DNA of 64,000 bases from Candidatus Kapaibacterium sp. (lineage in GTDB: Bacteria > Bacteroidota > Ignavibacteria > Kapaibacteriales > HRBIN21). This document shows positions 9,282-20,228 of this stretch, in pieces. The notes under the pieces are model-generated. The model searched no databases. It saw only the letters and a list, made by a program, of their open reading frames with translations, and was not told the origin of the DNA. The position numbers and the translations under genes are program-made. The stretch spans positions 4,176 through 68,175 of the forward strand of contig JANXCT010000003.1 of the NCBI GenBank assembly GCA_025059875.1, given 5' to 3'. How positions within the stretch are numbered: position 1 is the stretch's first letter; each line of letters starts with the position of its first letter.

Positions 9282-12200
9282 TCACTGCCCGATGACCAGT
9301 CGCCTCGTCTCCGTGTACGGACCCGAACGCAGGCGGTAGAAGTAGATCCCTGGTGCAAGCTGCTCCACCGGCAGCGCGACTCTGTAGACTCCCGCCTCTA
9401 AGACCCCTTCCACAAGCGTCAGCACCCGCTGTCCCATCGCATCGTACACCACTAACTCCGTCGGAGCAGCCATCCCGATGGAGAACTCTACCTCTACCTG
9501 CCGCTGCCCACGAGCCAGCGGCTGCGGATGCACTTGTTGTAGGCTGTACCCCTGTGGACTCAGCCTCACTCGACGGAGGTCGTAGACGCATACTGGCACC
9601 ACCTGAAAGCTGCTGCCGGTTGCTGTAAAGATAACGCAAGCATTCCCTGGAGCTTCTACATTCAGCTTGATCTCGCTCTCCTTCGCCAGCGGAGCTAGAT
9701 ACGCCGTGAACAGCACCCGTACCAACTCCCCGGGTTGGCCGGTGAAGTATTCACCCTGCGGAGCCAGCAACCAGAAGCGGAGCTCCCCACCGGCTACCTG
9801 CACATTCTCCAGCCGCAGCCTTGCTGCAGCCGGGCCTAGCCGGATGCTTCCAGCTTCCGGGGCAATAACTGTGGGATCGAACGTCATCCGCACCCGAAGT
9901 GCCGTAATGGCTGCTCGCTGGATGTCATCGCCTGGCTGGACTTGCACCGGAACCCAGAACTGCGTCCCCGGTATCCCACTCCATGGACCGCCAGCGATCT
10001 GGAAGCTCCGCTGGAAGAAGAGTGCCTCTACCGATAGCCGGGCTCGCACCTCCGGTCGCTCCGAGCTGGTGTTTGCAATCACAAGCTCAACGTCGTAGTT
10101 ACCTGCCTGCGGTACCATATAGACTACAGGGATGTCCACCCCCGCCCCAGGCTGCAGCTCGAACGGTGTAGTAGGTGCTGCTGGACCGAGCTGGAAGGTT
10201 GCCCCTGGCGTAGCGTTCTCCAGACGTATCTCTGTAATCCGAATCGGAGCTGTTCCTGTATTCGCCAGACGCGCATTCAGAGTGCCCTCCGTCCCAGCAC
10301 AGACGGTCGTCCGTGCACCCGTCAAGGCCAACCCTTGGCTGATCCCATTCCCCAGCCAGACGCAGACGGCTTCCGCATTATTCTCGGCATCACTAACTAG
10401 TCGCAGCTCTGCTTGGACGGGCCCTGCCTGCTGAGCTACGAACTCACCCGTAAAGGTCACCCGCTCGCCAGGTTGCAGCACTCGAGGAAGGCCAAGGGCC
10501 GCCTTGTTGTATCGGAACCCGAGCGTTCCAAAGGTAGCCCCTGTCTCCCCTACACTCCCTGCTGGCACAGCCACGATATCCTCTATCCTCACAGCGTCTT
10601 GGAACTCCCACTCCAAGCATTCAATCGTCACCGTCCCTGTATTGGGTGTCGGAGCATTCACCAATGTCGTACCGAAGTCTACCTGTGGTGTCATCCGTAC
10701 CCGCGGCACAATCCCAATCCCTCGCAGGCTAACTGTCACCGGGACCCCGGTGGTGTTCTGCAAGGTTAGCTGCAGCTGGTAATAGCCCGTCGCTTGCGGG
10801 TCAAAGCGCACTGGCACGAGCCTTTCTTCACCCGGCTGGAGTGTCAACCCCACGAAGTCCCCACGGTCGTAGAGGAATCCCGTCGTTGGCCCCGAGGGCA
10901 CAGCATCTGTCACTGTCAGCTCCTGTGTCCCAACGTTGCGGATGAGCACCCCACTGCGCCCGTTATCATCGTACGGGCCACGTCCCACTCGGCGCCGTCC
11001 CCAGTCATATCCTTGTGCCCAAATCTCCGCCCTCACTCCCACACCCTGTAGCAGCGCCACGCTGTCCACCCGACTGGCATTGCTGCTGAACTCAATGGCG
11101 TCCGTGTACGACCGGACCTCTGAAGGAAGGAAATTGACCTGCAGAGTACGTACCTCACCGGGACGTAGCACCAGCGGATTGGTTGGCGAGATGGTCGGCC
11201 AGTTCACCAGACGGAAAACTCCTGGTTCCCTCGGGCCTCGATAGCCCGTGATGACCAAGTCCGTCCGACCTGTGTTGCGCACTTGAATCCATCCCGCAAC
11301 CTCTGTCTTTACGGGAACGGATCCGTAGTCGTAGTCGCTGACCTGAATCTCTGGCTCGTCCACCCGTGCCCTAAGTTCTGTCAGGTAGCGAAAGCTACAT
11401 TCATCTCCGATTCCTACTGAGTCCACAAAGCTGCCGACGGCTGTCGCTGTGAAGCGGATCTGGTACTCCACCTCCTCGCCCGGCCGCACCACTAATGGCA
11501 GCGTTGGCGGTGACACAAACGCAAAACCTCTGTTCCCGTCCTTCAGCCGTAGCTGCGTGATCCGCATCGGCTGGTAGCCAGCCACGTCTGGCACACTGAT
11601 CCGAACCGTTAGCATCCGGCTCTGCCCTATCTGCAGTAGTCCATAGTCGAGCAGTGCTGGCTCCATGCGCACTACAAACGGAGAATACTCCGCTGTAATG
11701 CAGGTGTCATTCCCCCGCCGATCGGAGAAGACCACTACCGCCCGTGCTGGCTGGAGTGGGTCCTGCACTTCGAGGCGCCACCGCACCGCTGCTGTAGTAC
11801 CCGGTATCAGCTGATCTAGCAGCGTCAGTGTGTAGTTGTAACTCCGCTCCGCATCCAAGCGTACCTCCGACAGGTTGCTGCGAATGGCTGCGTCCGTAGG
11901 ACGATCGCTCACGAACCCCTCCGCTGTCCCGTCGCATTGCTGCGTCCACGTCACTAGCGGTGGCAGCGTGTCAGCCGGGTCCAGCATCCTGCCGAATGCC
12001 ATCGTCGTTACAAAACCGTACGAGTCGTAGTCAGAGCCTCCGTAAGAGTATGCCATGAAGGGGAAGTTCCCACTCCGCGAGCGGATCTCAAAGACTCCGT
12101 TGTACGGCAGGCGCAGCAGCTTGAACGCCCACATCCGCCCGTTGACCCGAACTCGGAAGGGAATCCGTGTGGGGTCGAACTTAGAGCGAATCGGTGTCCA

Positions 12201-13508
12201 AACGAGCTGTCCCCCAATGAACTCCCCGAACTCTAAATCGCTGGGCACTGTCCCGTCTGGATTGAGCGGGAAGACCAGATTGATGAAGTTTCGCGGGAAG
12301 GGAGCCACCGCCCCTCCACGGGCACCAGGAGTGGAGAAGATGACATGGGTCTGGGCCTGCTCCAACGGCGGTAGTGCCATCTGGAAGGGGTCCGTAGGCT
12401 GCGGTGGATCGGTCTCTTGCCCTTTGTTGTACTGCACTACATAAATCGGCTTGTCAGCAGAGATCACGATTGGCCGAGGTCCTGCCGGATCCGGGTCTTC
12501 AATATCCAGCCATGCCTCCCCACGCAGTCCACCAAACCCCTTGGTGATGACGGCGTACTCTTGACCATCCAGATACACCCGCGTATTGGGCTCTTTGGCA
12601 AAGATGCGGACGACGGAATTCTGATTCCGCATTCGGTTTGCGCCGAAGATCGGCGTCACGAAGTACGTCTTGCCCCATGCGTACATGGGTAGCTCCATCT
12701 CCACGATGAAGTCGCACCATCGCATGGAGGTGGGCACGTTCGCACACTGGTTCCCTGAGATAACCGCCACCGGCTTTGTAGCCACAATCCGACTTCCACT
12801 CAAGTCAGCTTCCGGCCCGTAGCTGCTGATTGCCACTACATCTCCCTTCTGCAGCGTCCATCGCTTCGTCTGTCCAGGCCGCATGCCCCCACGTGTCCTC
12901 GTGTAGGGGTTCCCATACAGTGTGAAGAAGACCTCCGTGTTGTCATAGGCTGCCACAATCACCGTCTCCGAGGGCAGATAGTACCCTGGGTACATCGCCG
13001 ACATGTCCGGATAAGAGGCTACGACGTACTCAGTGCCCAACATCGACACCGGTATCGCCATGAAGGCGTCCGTCGTGTAGACGAAGCGCGTCACGCCGTA
13101 GACGGCAATCGGGACCTCCGACACGATATGGACCCCCGCTTTGGAGTAGATTTGATCCTCCGACGGAGCATCCCCCGTAGGAGCCTTTGTGTATGGCTGG
13201 CCGATTGCGGGCGTCAGCGTCACCTCCACAACATCATGCGGGATAGTGTAGACCTCCCGGTAGAAGCCCTTGCCTGGGACCTCTACGACGACCTTCCCGC
13301 GCGCCCAAGCAGCGATGTAGATAACCACATTGTTCTGTGCCCCGAAGACTTCTTCATAGCAGGGGGGGAAGGAGAGGTAGAATTCTGTGCCAACATTGCT
13401 GTTCTTGAAGCGCTGGAAGCAGACCTGACCTGTCTGCGCCGCTACGTTACTGACCGCTAGGAGCAGCATTCCAACGATGCTCCCCCACAGAACTCGCTGC
13501 AGTGTCAT
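9282..13508 (-). CDS. Large T9SS-secreted surface protein (adhesin-like). It has an IgGFc-binding-like N-terminal domain, repeated Ig-like domains and a T9SS C-terminal sorting domain.
   Basis: About 1408 aa from Met 'MTLQRVLWGSIVGMLLLAVSNVAAQ' (signal peptide). The C-terminus 'ELVVYDAMGQRVLTLVEGVLEAGVYRVALPVEQLAPGIYFYRLRSG' is a typical Por_Secre_tail. Confidence 0.8.
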   Translation of the reverse strand: MTLQRVLWGSIVGMLLLAVSNVAAQTGQVCFQRFKNSNVGTEFYLSFPPCYEEVFGAQNNVVIYIAAWARGKVVVEVPGKGFYREVYTIPHDVVEVTLTPAIGQPYTKAPTGDAPSEDQIYSKAGVHIVSEVPIAVYGVTRFVYTTDAFMAIPVSMLGTEYVVASYPDMSAMYPGYYLPSETVIVAAYDNTEVFFTLYGNPYTRTRGGMRPGQTKRWTLQKGDVVAISSYGPEADLSGSRIVATKPVAVISGNQCANVPTSMRWCDFIVEMELPMYAWGKTYFVTPIFGANRMRNQNSVVRIFAKEPNTRVYLDGQEYAVITKGFGGLRGEAWLDIEDPDPAGPRPIVISADKPIYVVQYNKGQETDPPQPTDPFQMALPPLEQAQTHVIFSTPGARGGAVAPFPRNFINLVFPLNPDGTVPSDLEFGEFIGGQLVWTPIRSKFDPTRIPFRVRVNGRMWAFKLLRLPYNGVFEIRSRSGNFPFMAYSYGGSDYDSYGFVTTMAFGRMLDPADTLPPLVTWTQQCDGTAEGFVSDRPTDAAIRSNLSEVRLDAERSYNYTLTLLDQLIPGTTAAVRWRLEVQDPLQPARAVVVFSDRRGNDTCITAEYSPFVVRMEPALLDYGLLQIGQSRMLTVRISVPDVAGYQPMRITQLRLKDGNRGFAFVSPPTLPLVVRPGEEVEYQIRFTATAVGSFVDSVGIGDECSFRYLTELRARVDEPEIQVSDYDYGSVPVKTEVAGWIQVRNTGRTDLVITGYRGPREPGVFRLVNWPTISPTNPLVLRPGEVRTLQVNFLPSEVRSYTDAIEFSSNASRVDSVALLQGVGVRAEIWAQGYDWGRRRVGRGPYDDNGRSGVLIRNVGTQELTVTDAVPSGPTTGFLYDRGDFVGLTLQPGEERLVPVRFDPQATGYYQLQLTLQNTTGVPVTVSLRGIGIVPRVRMTPQVDFGTTLVNAPTPNTGTVTIECLEWEFQDAVRIEDIVAVPAGSVGETGATFGTLGFRYNKAALGLPRVLQPGERVTFTGEFVAQQAGPVQAELRLVSDAENNAEAVCVWLGNGISQGLALTGARTTVCAGTEGTLNARLANTGTAPIRITEIRLENATPGATFQLGPAAPTTPFELQPGAGVDIPVVYMVPQAGNYDVELVIANTSSERPEVRARLSVEALFFQRSFQIAGGPWSGIPGTQFWVPVQVQPGDDIQRAAITALRVRMTFDPTVIAPEAGSIRLGPAAARLRLENVQVAGGELRFWLLAPQGEYFTGQPGELVRVLFTAYLAPLAKESEIKLNVEAPGNACVIFTATGSSFQVVPVCVYDLRRVRLSPQGYSLQQVHPQPLARGQRQVEVEFSIGMAAPTELVVYDAMGQRVLTLVEGVLEAGVYRVALPVEQLAPGIYFYRLRSGPYTETRRLVIGQ

Positions 13509-13644
13509 AGTCCACCCCGCTGGGTAACTGTGCAACATCCTAGCACTATGTGCCCCAAAGTTACAAATTCTGCCCGGACTAGGCTTAACTGCCAAAGTCG
13601 TCCGTGCGACTATGTCAAACCGCAAAGAGCGCCCTTTTCCTCCC

Positions 13645-15876
13645 TTACGGACGCAGAAGGAGGACCTTGGCTTGCGCCCACTCTCCCGTCGCCGCCGAGA
13701 GGGCCGTAATGATGTAGACCCCCTCGGGAACCAGTTCCCCCCGCTCGTTGCGACCGTCCCAATACCCCATACGACCGCTCGTCTGGAAACGTGCTACTAC
13801 AAGCCCCTCAAGCGTTAAGACCCGGACGATGCTCTGCTCTGCAAGACCATCAATTCGAAGCACTTCGTCCTGCTCTGGCACAAACGGCTGTGGAAAGCAG
13901 CGTAGAGAGTAACTTCCTTGCGGCAGGCGCGCAGAAGTCTCAAGCACTGCCAGCCCTGCCCGAGTTCCAGCGAAGACACGGCCACTCTGATGTTCTATCG
14001 TCACGCCACGCACCCCATTGCTCGGGAGAGGGCTATTCTCAGCCGTCAGGCGCAATAACACAGCCGTAGCATCTGGGTTTACAACCCAGAGTCCCGCGTC
14101 AGTGGCCAACCACTTGTTGTTGTGGACATCCACAGCTATGGCGTACACGGCCTGCTCGCGCAAGAGACTGACGTTCCGGACTACCGGGATGCTTCCACTG
14201 AGCACAGCCCCAGGGTTGAGAACGACGCCAACCCCGCTCGGAGTTCCCACCCACACCATTCCCTCGCGATCTACCGCTAAGGCGTAGATGATGTTACTCG
14301 GCAGCGCCGAGCTTGCCGTGGTTAACCGACCGAGTACCTCTGGACGCCCTCCTTCTGCTTCGCGGAAGTAGAAGAGTCCATCGCTGACAAGGGAGCCGAA
14401 CCACTTCGTCCCGAAAGGATCCACCACGAGTGGAAGATTCTGCCGCTGGCTCGTGGGTAGCCCAGTGGCGAAAGACTCTACCTGGCCGTCTGGAGTACGT
14501 CGGAAAAGCGCACCACTAACACACCAGTGGCATATCCCCCACAGGTTGCCCATAGCATCGGCGGCCAGCTCGCCAATGGCAAGGTACATCGTATCCGACG
14601 GTATCCCTCGGAGTGGTGTCGTGGTGGCGTCATAGCGCGTCAGGACGAACCCTGTGTCCGTAGCCATCACCTGCATGAGCCCCCGACCCCAGCTTGCGAA
14701 CCAAGCTTCCCTACCTGCGGCCGAGACAAAAGCTCGGTGGTACTCGTTTACACCTAGCTGCGGTGCGGTAGCCGTAGTAAATCCATACCACTGTCCACGG
14801 TAGAGGCAGGCAAAGCCGCGCCCAGCCGTGCGATCCGTAGCACACCAGAGGTTCCCCTCAGCGTCAACAGCACACGAGAGTAACAAGTTCGTATGTGGAG
14901 AGTTTGGTCGTAGCGGATGCCAGCGCTGTCTATCCCAACCCCACAGCCCCTGCTCTTCGGCACCCACCATTAGATAGAAGCTCCCCCCGACGACGCTCCC
15001 CCACATCCCCGACAGCGTGGCTGTTGGAGCCACGAGCTGTTGACGGGTCGGCAATTCCTGCCATACTTCCCCTCGCGTCGCCACCCAAAGGCTGTCCCGA
15101 TGGCCCGCTATTCCAACAACAGGTTGCGAATACGCGCGGAGCTGCCCGACAGCGCCGTCTCGGTAGAAGAAGACCTCCGTCGCCGTTGCTACAACCAGTA
15201 CCGACGCCATCGGCAGCAAGAAGCGCACCCCTGAACTCAGCTCTCGGCTCTGGATGACACGCCACGCCGCCGGGTCCCCAAGGAAAGGAGCATCCAACCC
15301 AATGGCGGCCAGTCCCGATGCTGTCCCTACCCACAGAGTATCCCGCCATGCGCAGAGAGCGGTCACTGCTGTCCCGGCTTGGAAGCCTCCGATCCGTAGG
15401 ACTGATTGGGCAATGATCCGGCGACGTAGCTCCAGCAGAACCAGTCCAAAGCCCGTTCCTAAGTAGGCATAGGGACCGCGGAGGAGGATTGCTGTGATCT
15501 GCTTCGAAGGGAGCCCCGGCTGTGTATAGATGTCGGTGACGTGGTACCACTCCCCACTGCTGTCCCGTACCTCCACGATACCATCGAAGCTGCCGGCCAC
15601 AACATAACCGTCACCGGCGGCAATGGCAGTAAAGTCGTGTGTCAAGAGCCCCTCCGTGCGTCGCACAGTTGTCAGCTGTCCTGTCTGTGGGGTGTAGGCA
15701 AAGAGTCCTCCGCTAGTGGCAGCCCAGAGGCGTTCGCCATCGGTGGTGACACCTCGGACCGTGAGGAGCGAAGTGTGGAGCTCCCACCGCTCGATCCGCG
15801 GAACAACGTCAGCGAGAGCGGCACTGCTACCAAGTGCAACGCCTAGCAGCACGCATTGCAGCCCTCTCTGCATCAT
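13645..15876 (-). CDS. T9SS-secreted beta-propeller protein (two-component-regulator-propeller-like repeats plus a T9SS C-terminal domain)
   Basis: Signal peptide 'MMQRGLQCVLLGVALGSSAALA', repeated propeller blades, and a C-terminal 'VRVLTLEGLVVARF...GVYIITALSAATGEWAQAKVLLLRP' sorting domain. Confidence 0.75.
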   Translation of the reverse strand: MMQRGLQCVLLGVALGSSAALADVVPRIERWELHTSLLTVRGVTTDGERLWAATSGGLFAYTPQTGQLTTVRRTEGLLTHDFTAIAAGDGYVVAGSFDGIVEVRDSSGEWYHVTDIYTQPGLPSKQITAILLRGPYAYLGTGFGLVLLELRRRIIAQSVLRIGGFQAGTAVTALCAWRDTLWVGTASGLAAIGLDAPFLGDPAAWRVIQSRELSSGVRFLLPMASVLVVATATEVFFYRDGAVGQLRAYSQPVVGIAGHRDSLWVATRGEVWQELPTRQQLVAPTATLSGMWGSVVGGSFYLMVGAEEQGLWGWDRQRWHPLRPNSPHTNLLLSCAVDAEGNLWCATDRTAGRGFACLYRGQWYGFTTATAPQLGVNEYHRAFVSAAGREAWFASWGRGLMQVMATDTGFVLTRYDATTTPLRGIPSDTMYLAIGELAADAMGNLWGICHWCVSGALFRRTPDGQVESFATGLPTSQRQNLPLVVDPFGTKWFGSLVSDGLFYFREAEGGRPEVLGRLTTASSALPSNIIYALAVDREGMVWVGTPSGVGVVLNPGAVLSGSIPVVRNVSLLREQAVYAIAVDVHNNKWLATDAGLWVVNPDATAVLLRLTAENSPLPSNGVRGVTIEHQSGRVFAGTRAGLAVLETSARLPQGSYSLRCFPQPFVPEQDEVLRIDGLAEQSIVRVLTLEGLVVARFQTSGRMGYWDGRNERGELVPEGVYIITALSAATGEWAQAKVLLLRP

Positions 15877-16343
15877 TCACGCAAGCGCCGCAGGAGATTG
15901 ACCATCTCCAACGCCGTCAGAGCAGCCTCTGCTCCCTTGTTCCCAAGCTTCCCACCTGACCGCTCGAGGGCCTGCTCCAGCGTGTCCGTCGTCAACACGC
16001 CGAAGACACAGGGAAGACGCACCTGAAGAGCGCTCTGCATGATCCCAGCCGCTACCTGGGCGGCAATGTACTCAAAGTGTGGGGTCTCGCCCCGAATGAC
16101 GGCTCCAAGCGCAATGACAGCATCGTATCGGCCACTCCGGGCCAGCTCTTGGACAACTAGCGGGATCTCAAAGCTCCCCGGACAGTGCACGACCGTAATC
16201 GCATCGTCCGCCACCCCATGCTGGCGCAATGCGATGAGAGCCCCCGCCAGAAGGCGCTCGGTGACGAGTTCGTTCCACCGTGCGACAACGATTGCAATCG
16301 AGACACCCTCGCCGTACAGTCTCCCCTCTATGGCCTGCGGCAT
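15873..16343 (-). CDS. ribH: 6,7-dimethyl-8-ribityllumazine synthase
   Basis: Full-length RibH similarity ('IAIVVARWNELVTERLLAGA'). Confidence 0.95.
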   Translation of the reverse strand: MPQAIEGRLYGEGVSIAIVVARWNELVTERLLAGALIALRQHGVADDAITVVHCPGSFEIPLVVQELARSGRYDAVIALGAVIRGETPHFEYIAAQVAAGIMQSALQVRLPCVFGVLTTDTLEQALERSGGKLGNKGAEAALTALEMVNLLRRLRE

Positions 16344-16358
16344 GGCAAGCCCACAAAT

Positions 16359-17918
16359 TCACTCCCACTCAATCGTGGCTGGCGGTTTGCTGGAGATGTC
16401 GTAGACGACACGGTTGATCCCCCGCACTTCGTTGATGATACGGTTTGCAACCGCTGCCAGGAACTCCTCTGGCAACCGAGCCCAGTCAGCGGTCATCCCA
16501 TCGGTGCTGGTCACAGCCCGTAGAGCACACACGTACTCGTACGTACGTTCATCCCCCATGACTCCGACGCTCTGGACAGGGAGGAGTACGGCGAAGGCTT
16601 GCCAAACACTGTCGTAGAGTCCTGCCTTCTGGAGCTCCTCCACGAAGATGGCATCGGCACGCCGCAGTAGCGTAAGCCGCTCAAGAGTCACCTCCCCAAG
16701 GACGCGAATGGCCAGCCCTGGCCCGGGGAAAGGATGGCGCCGCAGGAACCCCTCTGGGATTCCCAGCTCTCGTCCGACGGCCCGCACTTCGTCCTTGAAG
16801 AGCTCACGTAGAGGCTCCAGCAGCTTGAGCTGCATGCGCTCCGGGAGGCCGCCAACGTTGTGGTGGGTCTTGATCGTCGCCGATGGGCCTCGCACAGAGG
16901 TAGACTCAATCACATCGGGATAGAGGGTCCCCTGGGCTAACCAACGGGCATCGGGGAAACGCTGGGCTTCACGCTCGAAGAGCTCTATGAACGTGTGCCC
17001 AATGATCCGGCGCTTCAGCTCTGGATCCACAACCCCCCGAAGTCGGCTCAGGAAGAGCTCGCTGCCGTCCACGACCGTCAATGGAATGCGGAAGTGCTGC
17101 TGGAAGAGATCCGCAATTGTTTGGCTTTCCCCCTCGCGCATGAGGCCAGTGTCTACATGGATGCAGTGCAGACGGTCACCGATGGCACGATGGACGAGGA
17201 CTGCCGTCACTGTAGAATCCACCCCACCGCTCAAGGCGCAGAGGACCCGTTCCCTATTGACCGTGCGGCGAATCTCTTCCACGGCAGCTTCGATGAACGC
17301 TGCTGGCGTCCACTCTGCGCGGCAACCGCAGATACGGCGAGCGAAGTTCTCCAGCATCTGGCGCCCGTACGGAGTATGCTCGACCTCGGGGTGGAACTGC
17401 ACTCCCCAGAACTGGCGCTCCCGATAGCGGATAGCAGCAATGGGGGCATTCTCCGTGTAGCCGATACGTTCAAACCCTTCCGGCAAGCGGCTGAGGGCAT
17501 CCCCATGGCTCATCCACACCGTCGTCGGGCTAGGGATGCCGGCGAAGAGATCGCTGCTATCCAGGATATGGAGCTCGGCGCGACCGTATTCGCGCCGGTT
17601 CGCCTGGATGACCTCCCCGCCGAAGAGGTGCCCCAGCAACTGGAGTCCGTAGCAGATTCCCAAGATCGGAACACCGAGCTCAAAGACGCCCGGATCCGGA
17701 TACGGCGCCCCAGGCTCGTAGACGCTAGCTGGCCCCCCTGAGAGTACGATTCCCTGCGGGGCCAGGGCTCGTAGCGTGGAAGCCGGTGTACTGTACGGCA
17801 CAATTTCAGCGTATACGCCGCTCTCCCGAATCCGGCGGGCAATCAACTGCGTATACTGGGAGCCGAAGTCCAAGACAACGATCCGCTCACGATGCTCCAT
17901 CAGTGCAGGCAGCCACAC
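16359..17918 (-). CDS. guaA: GMP synthase (glutamine-hydrolysing)
   Basis: GATase 'GICYGLQLL', a 'SGGVDSTV' PP-loop and a GMP synthase C-terminal domain. Confidence 0.95.
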   Translation of the reverse strand: MWLPALMEHRERIVVLDFGSQYTQLIARRIRESGVYAEIVPYSTPASTLRALAPQGIVLSGGPASVYEPGAPYPDPGVFELGVPILGICYGLQLLGHLFGGEVIQANRREYGRAELHILDSSDLFAGIPSPTTVWMSHGDALSRLPEGFERIGYTENAPIAAIRYRERQFWGVQFHPEVEHTPYGRQMLENFARRICGCRAEWTPAAFIEAAVEEIRRTVNRERVLCALSGGVDSTVTAVLVHRAIGDRLHCIHVDTGLMREGESQTIADLFQQHFRIPLTVVDGSELFLSRLRGVVDPELKRRIIGHTFIELFEREAQRFPDARWLAQGTLYPDVIESTSVRGPSATIKTHHNVGGLPERMQLKLLEPLRELFKDEVRAVGRELGIPEGFLRRHPFPGPGLAIRVLGEVTLERLTLLRRADAIFVEELQKAGLYDSVWQAFAVLLPVQSVGVMGDERTYEYVCALRAVTSTDGMTADWARLPEEFLAAVANRIINEVRGINRVVYDISSKPPATIEWE

Positions 17919-17947
17919 CAGTCGCTACAAACTTAGGGCGCTTGCCC

Positions 17948-17955
17948 TCTCACGG
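17948..17955 (-). promoter_or_regulatory. Bacteroidetes-type -7 box (TAAGTTTG on the minus strand) upstream of guaA
   Basis: Plus-strand 'CAAACTTA' is TAAGTTTG (TAnnTTTG) on the minus strand, about 30 nt upstream of the guaA ATG. Confidence 0.4.
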
Positions 17956-18371
17956 TGGCTTCCCAGCAGGTATAGAGCGGCTATCCTGTGCTGCCGAAGC
18001 CTGTGGGGAGCGTTCGTAGAGGAAAGCCTTGCCTCAAGATGGCCACCACTCCCCGACCCGAATACCTCCGTGTGGCCACAGCAGTGTGGTAGCGGTGCTG
18101 CAGCCACGGCAGCCCTCCCAAACTGTCCGTTAGCCACGACTCACGGCGTCCCTTCCTGCCAGGCCGCCAGGACATTTTCCAACCGAAGAGACGCTACCAT
18201 TCGCCCGTTGCAGAGACGGCCAGATGAGGTACCTGGGAGCTATATCACGGGCGCCGCCCGAGAGGACCTTCTCCTTGTGGATTAACGCTGCCACCTCTGC
18301 GATGGCCTCGCAAAGGACCGACCACCAACTCGCTCCTCCCGGAGAACTAGCAGAAGAAGTCTGCTACGCCC

Positions 18372-20228
18372 TCACTTCAGGCATGGCCGTTCGCTATCCA
18401 AGCAGAAATCACGCACGTGAATGACTGGCACACCAGCTTGCCGTTCCGTCCCGCCTCGCTCCTCTAGAGTGTAGAGGATACTCAGCGGTTGCCGCTCCCC
18501 CACAACATCGAGGTAGTGCACGCCATTCAATACGCCATCCATCCAGACCCCTTGCTGTTCCAAGCGGCAGCTATTGTCGGAACGGCAGCGGTGGAGGCGG
18601 ACGCGATGTGCCAGGAAGACTGGGCGGAAGTTCTCGTACCCGAACGGCGCCAAACGGCGAAGCAGCAGCAAAAACTGCGGCGTAATCTTGGCAAAGTCTA
18701 GCACGGCATCGACTCGGAGCTCGGGACGTTCAGCAGGCTGCAGCTCACTCTGACTAGCGAATCGCTCCACAGCTTCGCTGAAAGCCCCTACCTGGTCCTC
18801 CCGCAGAACGACACCGGCTGCAAACGGATGGCCACCGTAATCGCATGTATGGGCTGAACACGCCGCCAGCAGCTCCAGTAGGTTCACCGCTCCTCCACTT
18901 CGCGCCGAGCCCTTCACGAAGCCACCAACACGGCTCAGCAAGATGACCGGAACTTGGAAGCGTTCTGCGATCCGCGTAGCTACAATGCCCAGTACGCCAG
19001 GGTGCCATTGCGGGTTGTAAAGCACCACCGAACGGTATCCTTGGCGCGTCAGCAGCTCCTCAGCTTGCCCTATGGCCTCAGCATAGACCTGCTCAGCGAT
19101 TGTGCGGCGCCGGAAGTTCTCGCACTCCAGCTCCTGAGCGATCCGGAACGCAACACCTTCGTCCGTCTGGAGCAGCAGCTCCACAGCTCGGCGGGCATCC
19201 CCTAGCCGTCCGGCAGCGTTAATCCGCGGTGCTAGTGCTAGCAGGATGTCGGCCGTCGTGACGTTCTGCGAAGGCATCCCAACGCACTGCAAGAGCCCTA
19301 ATAGCCCCGGCCGAGGTTGGGTCCGGATTCGCTGTAACCCCAAAGCCGTCAGTACACGGTTCTCCTCCACAAGAGGAACGAGGTCTGCCACCGTTGCCAA
19401 TGCCACCAGGTCCAAATACTCAAACGCCTGCTCCGGCTCGCCCCACCGCTGTGCCGCTGCCCAAACGAGCTTGAAGACAACCCCGCAGGCAGCCAACAGT
19501 GGGAATGGGAAACCACTATCAGCGAGCCGGGGATTCAAGATGGCTGTAGCCTCTGGCAGAGGTCCGGTCGGTTCGTGATGGTCGCAAATGATGACATCCG
19601 CTCCTCTCTCGCGAGCATACGCAACTGCCTCCGCAGCGTTGATACCGGAATCCACGGCAACGATGAGCGTGGCCCCCGCATTGACTGCCCGCTCTACTCC
19701 TTCTACCGTCAGCCCGTAGCCCTCTTGGAACCGGTCAGGGACATGGTACCTCACCTGGAGGCCCCAGCGCGACAGAAAGTCTACTAGGACGGCAGTGCTG
19801 GCAGTGCCATCCACGTCGTAGTCCCCGTGAACCCAAACTAGTTCCTGCTCGTAACGTGCTCTCTCCAACCGAGCGACCGCTGCCTCCATATCATGGAAGA
19901 GCCACGGTGAATGGAGCTGTTCGGCCGAAGGATGGAGGAACCGTTGGGCGGCCTCAGGAGTCCGAATGCCACGAGCTGCGAGGATTGCCGCAATCCCCTT
20001 CGGCATTCCAGTGGCACGGGCTAGCGCTGCAATCTCTTCCTCTGTGGCCAAACCACGCCACGTCCAGCGGTATTTCACTGTTGCCCCTGCAGAGTGTGGG
20101 ACTGACCCGGACGCAAAGTTAGGAGCCGCAACGACGCCAGGAGAAACTGAGCTGCTTCGTTGCCTTTGCGCTGCAGCGTATCTTTGCGACAGCGAGGGGG
20201 AGCTTAGGACGTACAGCTCCGCAGACAT
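18372..20228 (-). CDS. recJ: Single-stranded-DNA-specific exonuclease RecJ
   Basis: DHH and DHHA1 domains ('VHGDYDVDGTAS', 'GGHPFAAG'). Confidence 0.9.
   Translation of the reverse strand: MSAELYVLSSPSLSQRYAAAQRQRSSSVSPGVVAAPNFASGSVPHSAGATVKYRWTWRGLATEEEIAALARATGMPKGIAAILAARGIRTPEAAQRFLHPSAEQLHSPWLFHDMEAAVARLERARYEQELVWVHGDYDVDGTASTAVLVDFLSRWGLQVRYHVPDRFQEGYGLTVEGVERAVNAGATLIVAVDSGINAAEAVAYARERGADVIICDHHEPTGPLPEATAILNPRLADSGFPFPLLAACGVVFKLVWAAAQRWGEPEQAFEYLDLVALATVADLVPLVEENRVLTALGLQRIRTQPRPGLLGLLQCVGMPSQNVTTADILLALAPRINAAGRLGDARRAVELLLQTDEGVAFRIAQELECENFRRRTIAEQVYAEAIGQAEELLTRQGYRSVVLYNPQWHPGVLGIVATRIAERFQVPVILLSRVGGFVKGSARSGGAVNLLELLAACSAHTCDYGGHPFAAGVVLREDQVGAFSEAVERFASQSELQPAERPELRVDAVLDFAKITPQFLLLLRRLAPFGYENFRPVFLAHRVRLHRCRSDNSCRLEQQGVWMDGVLNGVHYLDVVGERQPLSILYTLEERGGTERQAGVPVIHVRDFCLDSERPCLK
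20180..20187 (+). promoter_or_regulatory. -7 box TATCTTTG for the arginase-family/ABC operon, embedded in the recJ 5' coding region
   Basis: Matches TAnnTTTG, 40 nt upstream of the ATG at 20227. The surrounding 13-mer GCGTATCTTTGCG recurs at 31050. Confidence 0.4.

Noticed and set aside
17960-18371. SRP RNA, RNase P RNA or tmRNA in the recJ-guaA gap
   Set aside because: 'GCAGCCACGGCAG' resembles part of 4.5S RNA domain IV, but the GGAAGGAAG/GUCAGG core is absent. There is no RNase P P4 motif (AGGAAAGUCCGG) and no tmRNA 3' end (GGUUCGAUUCC...CCA).
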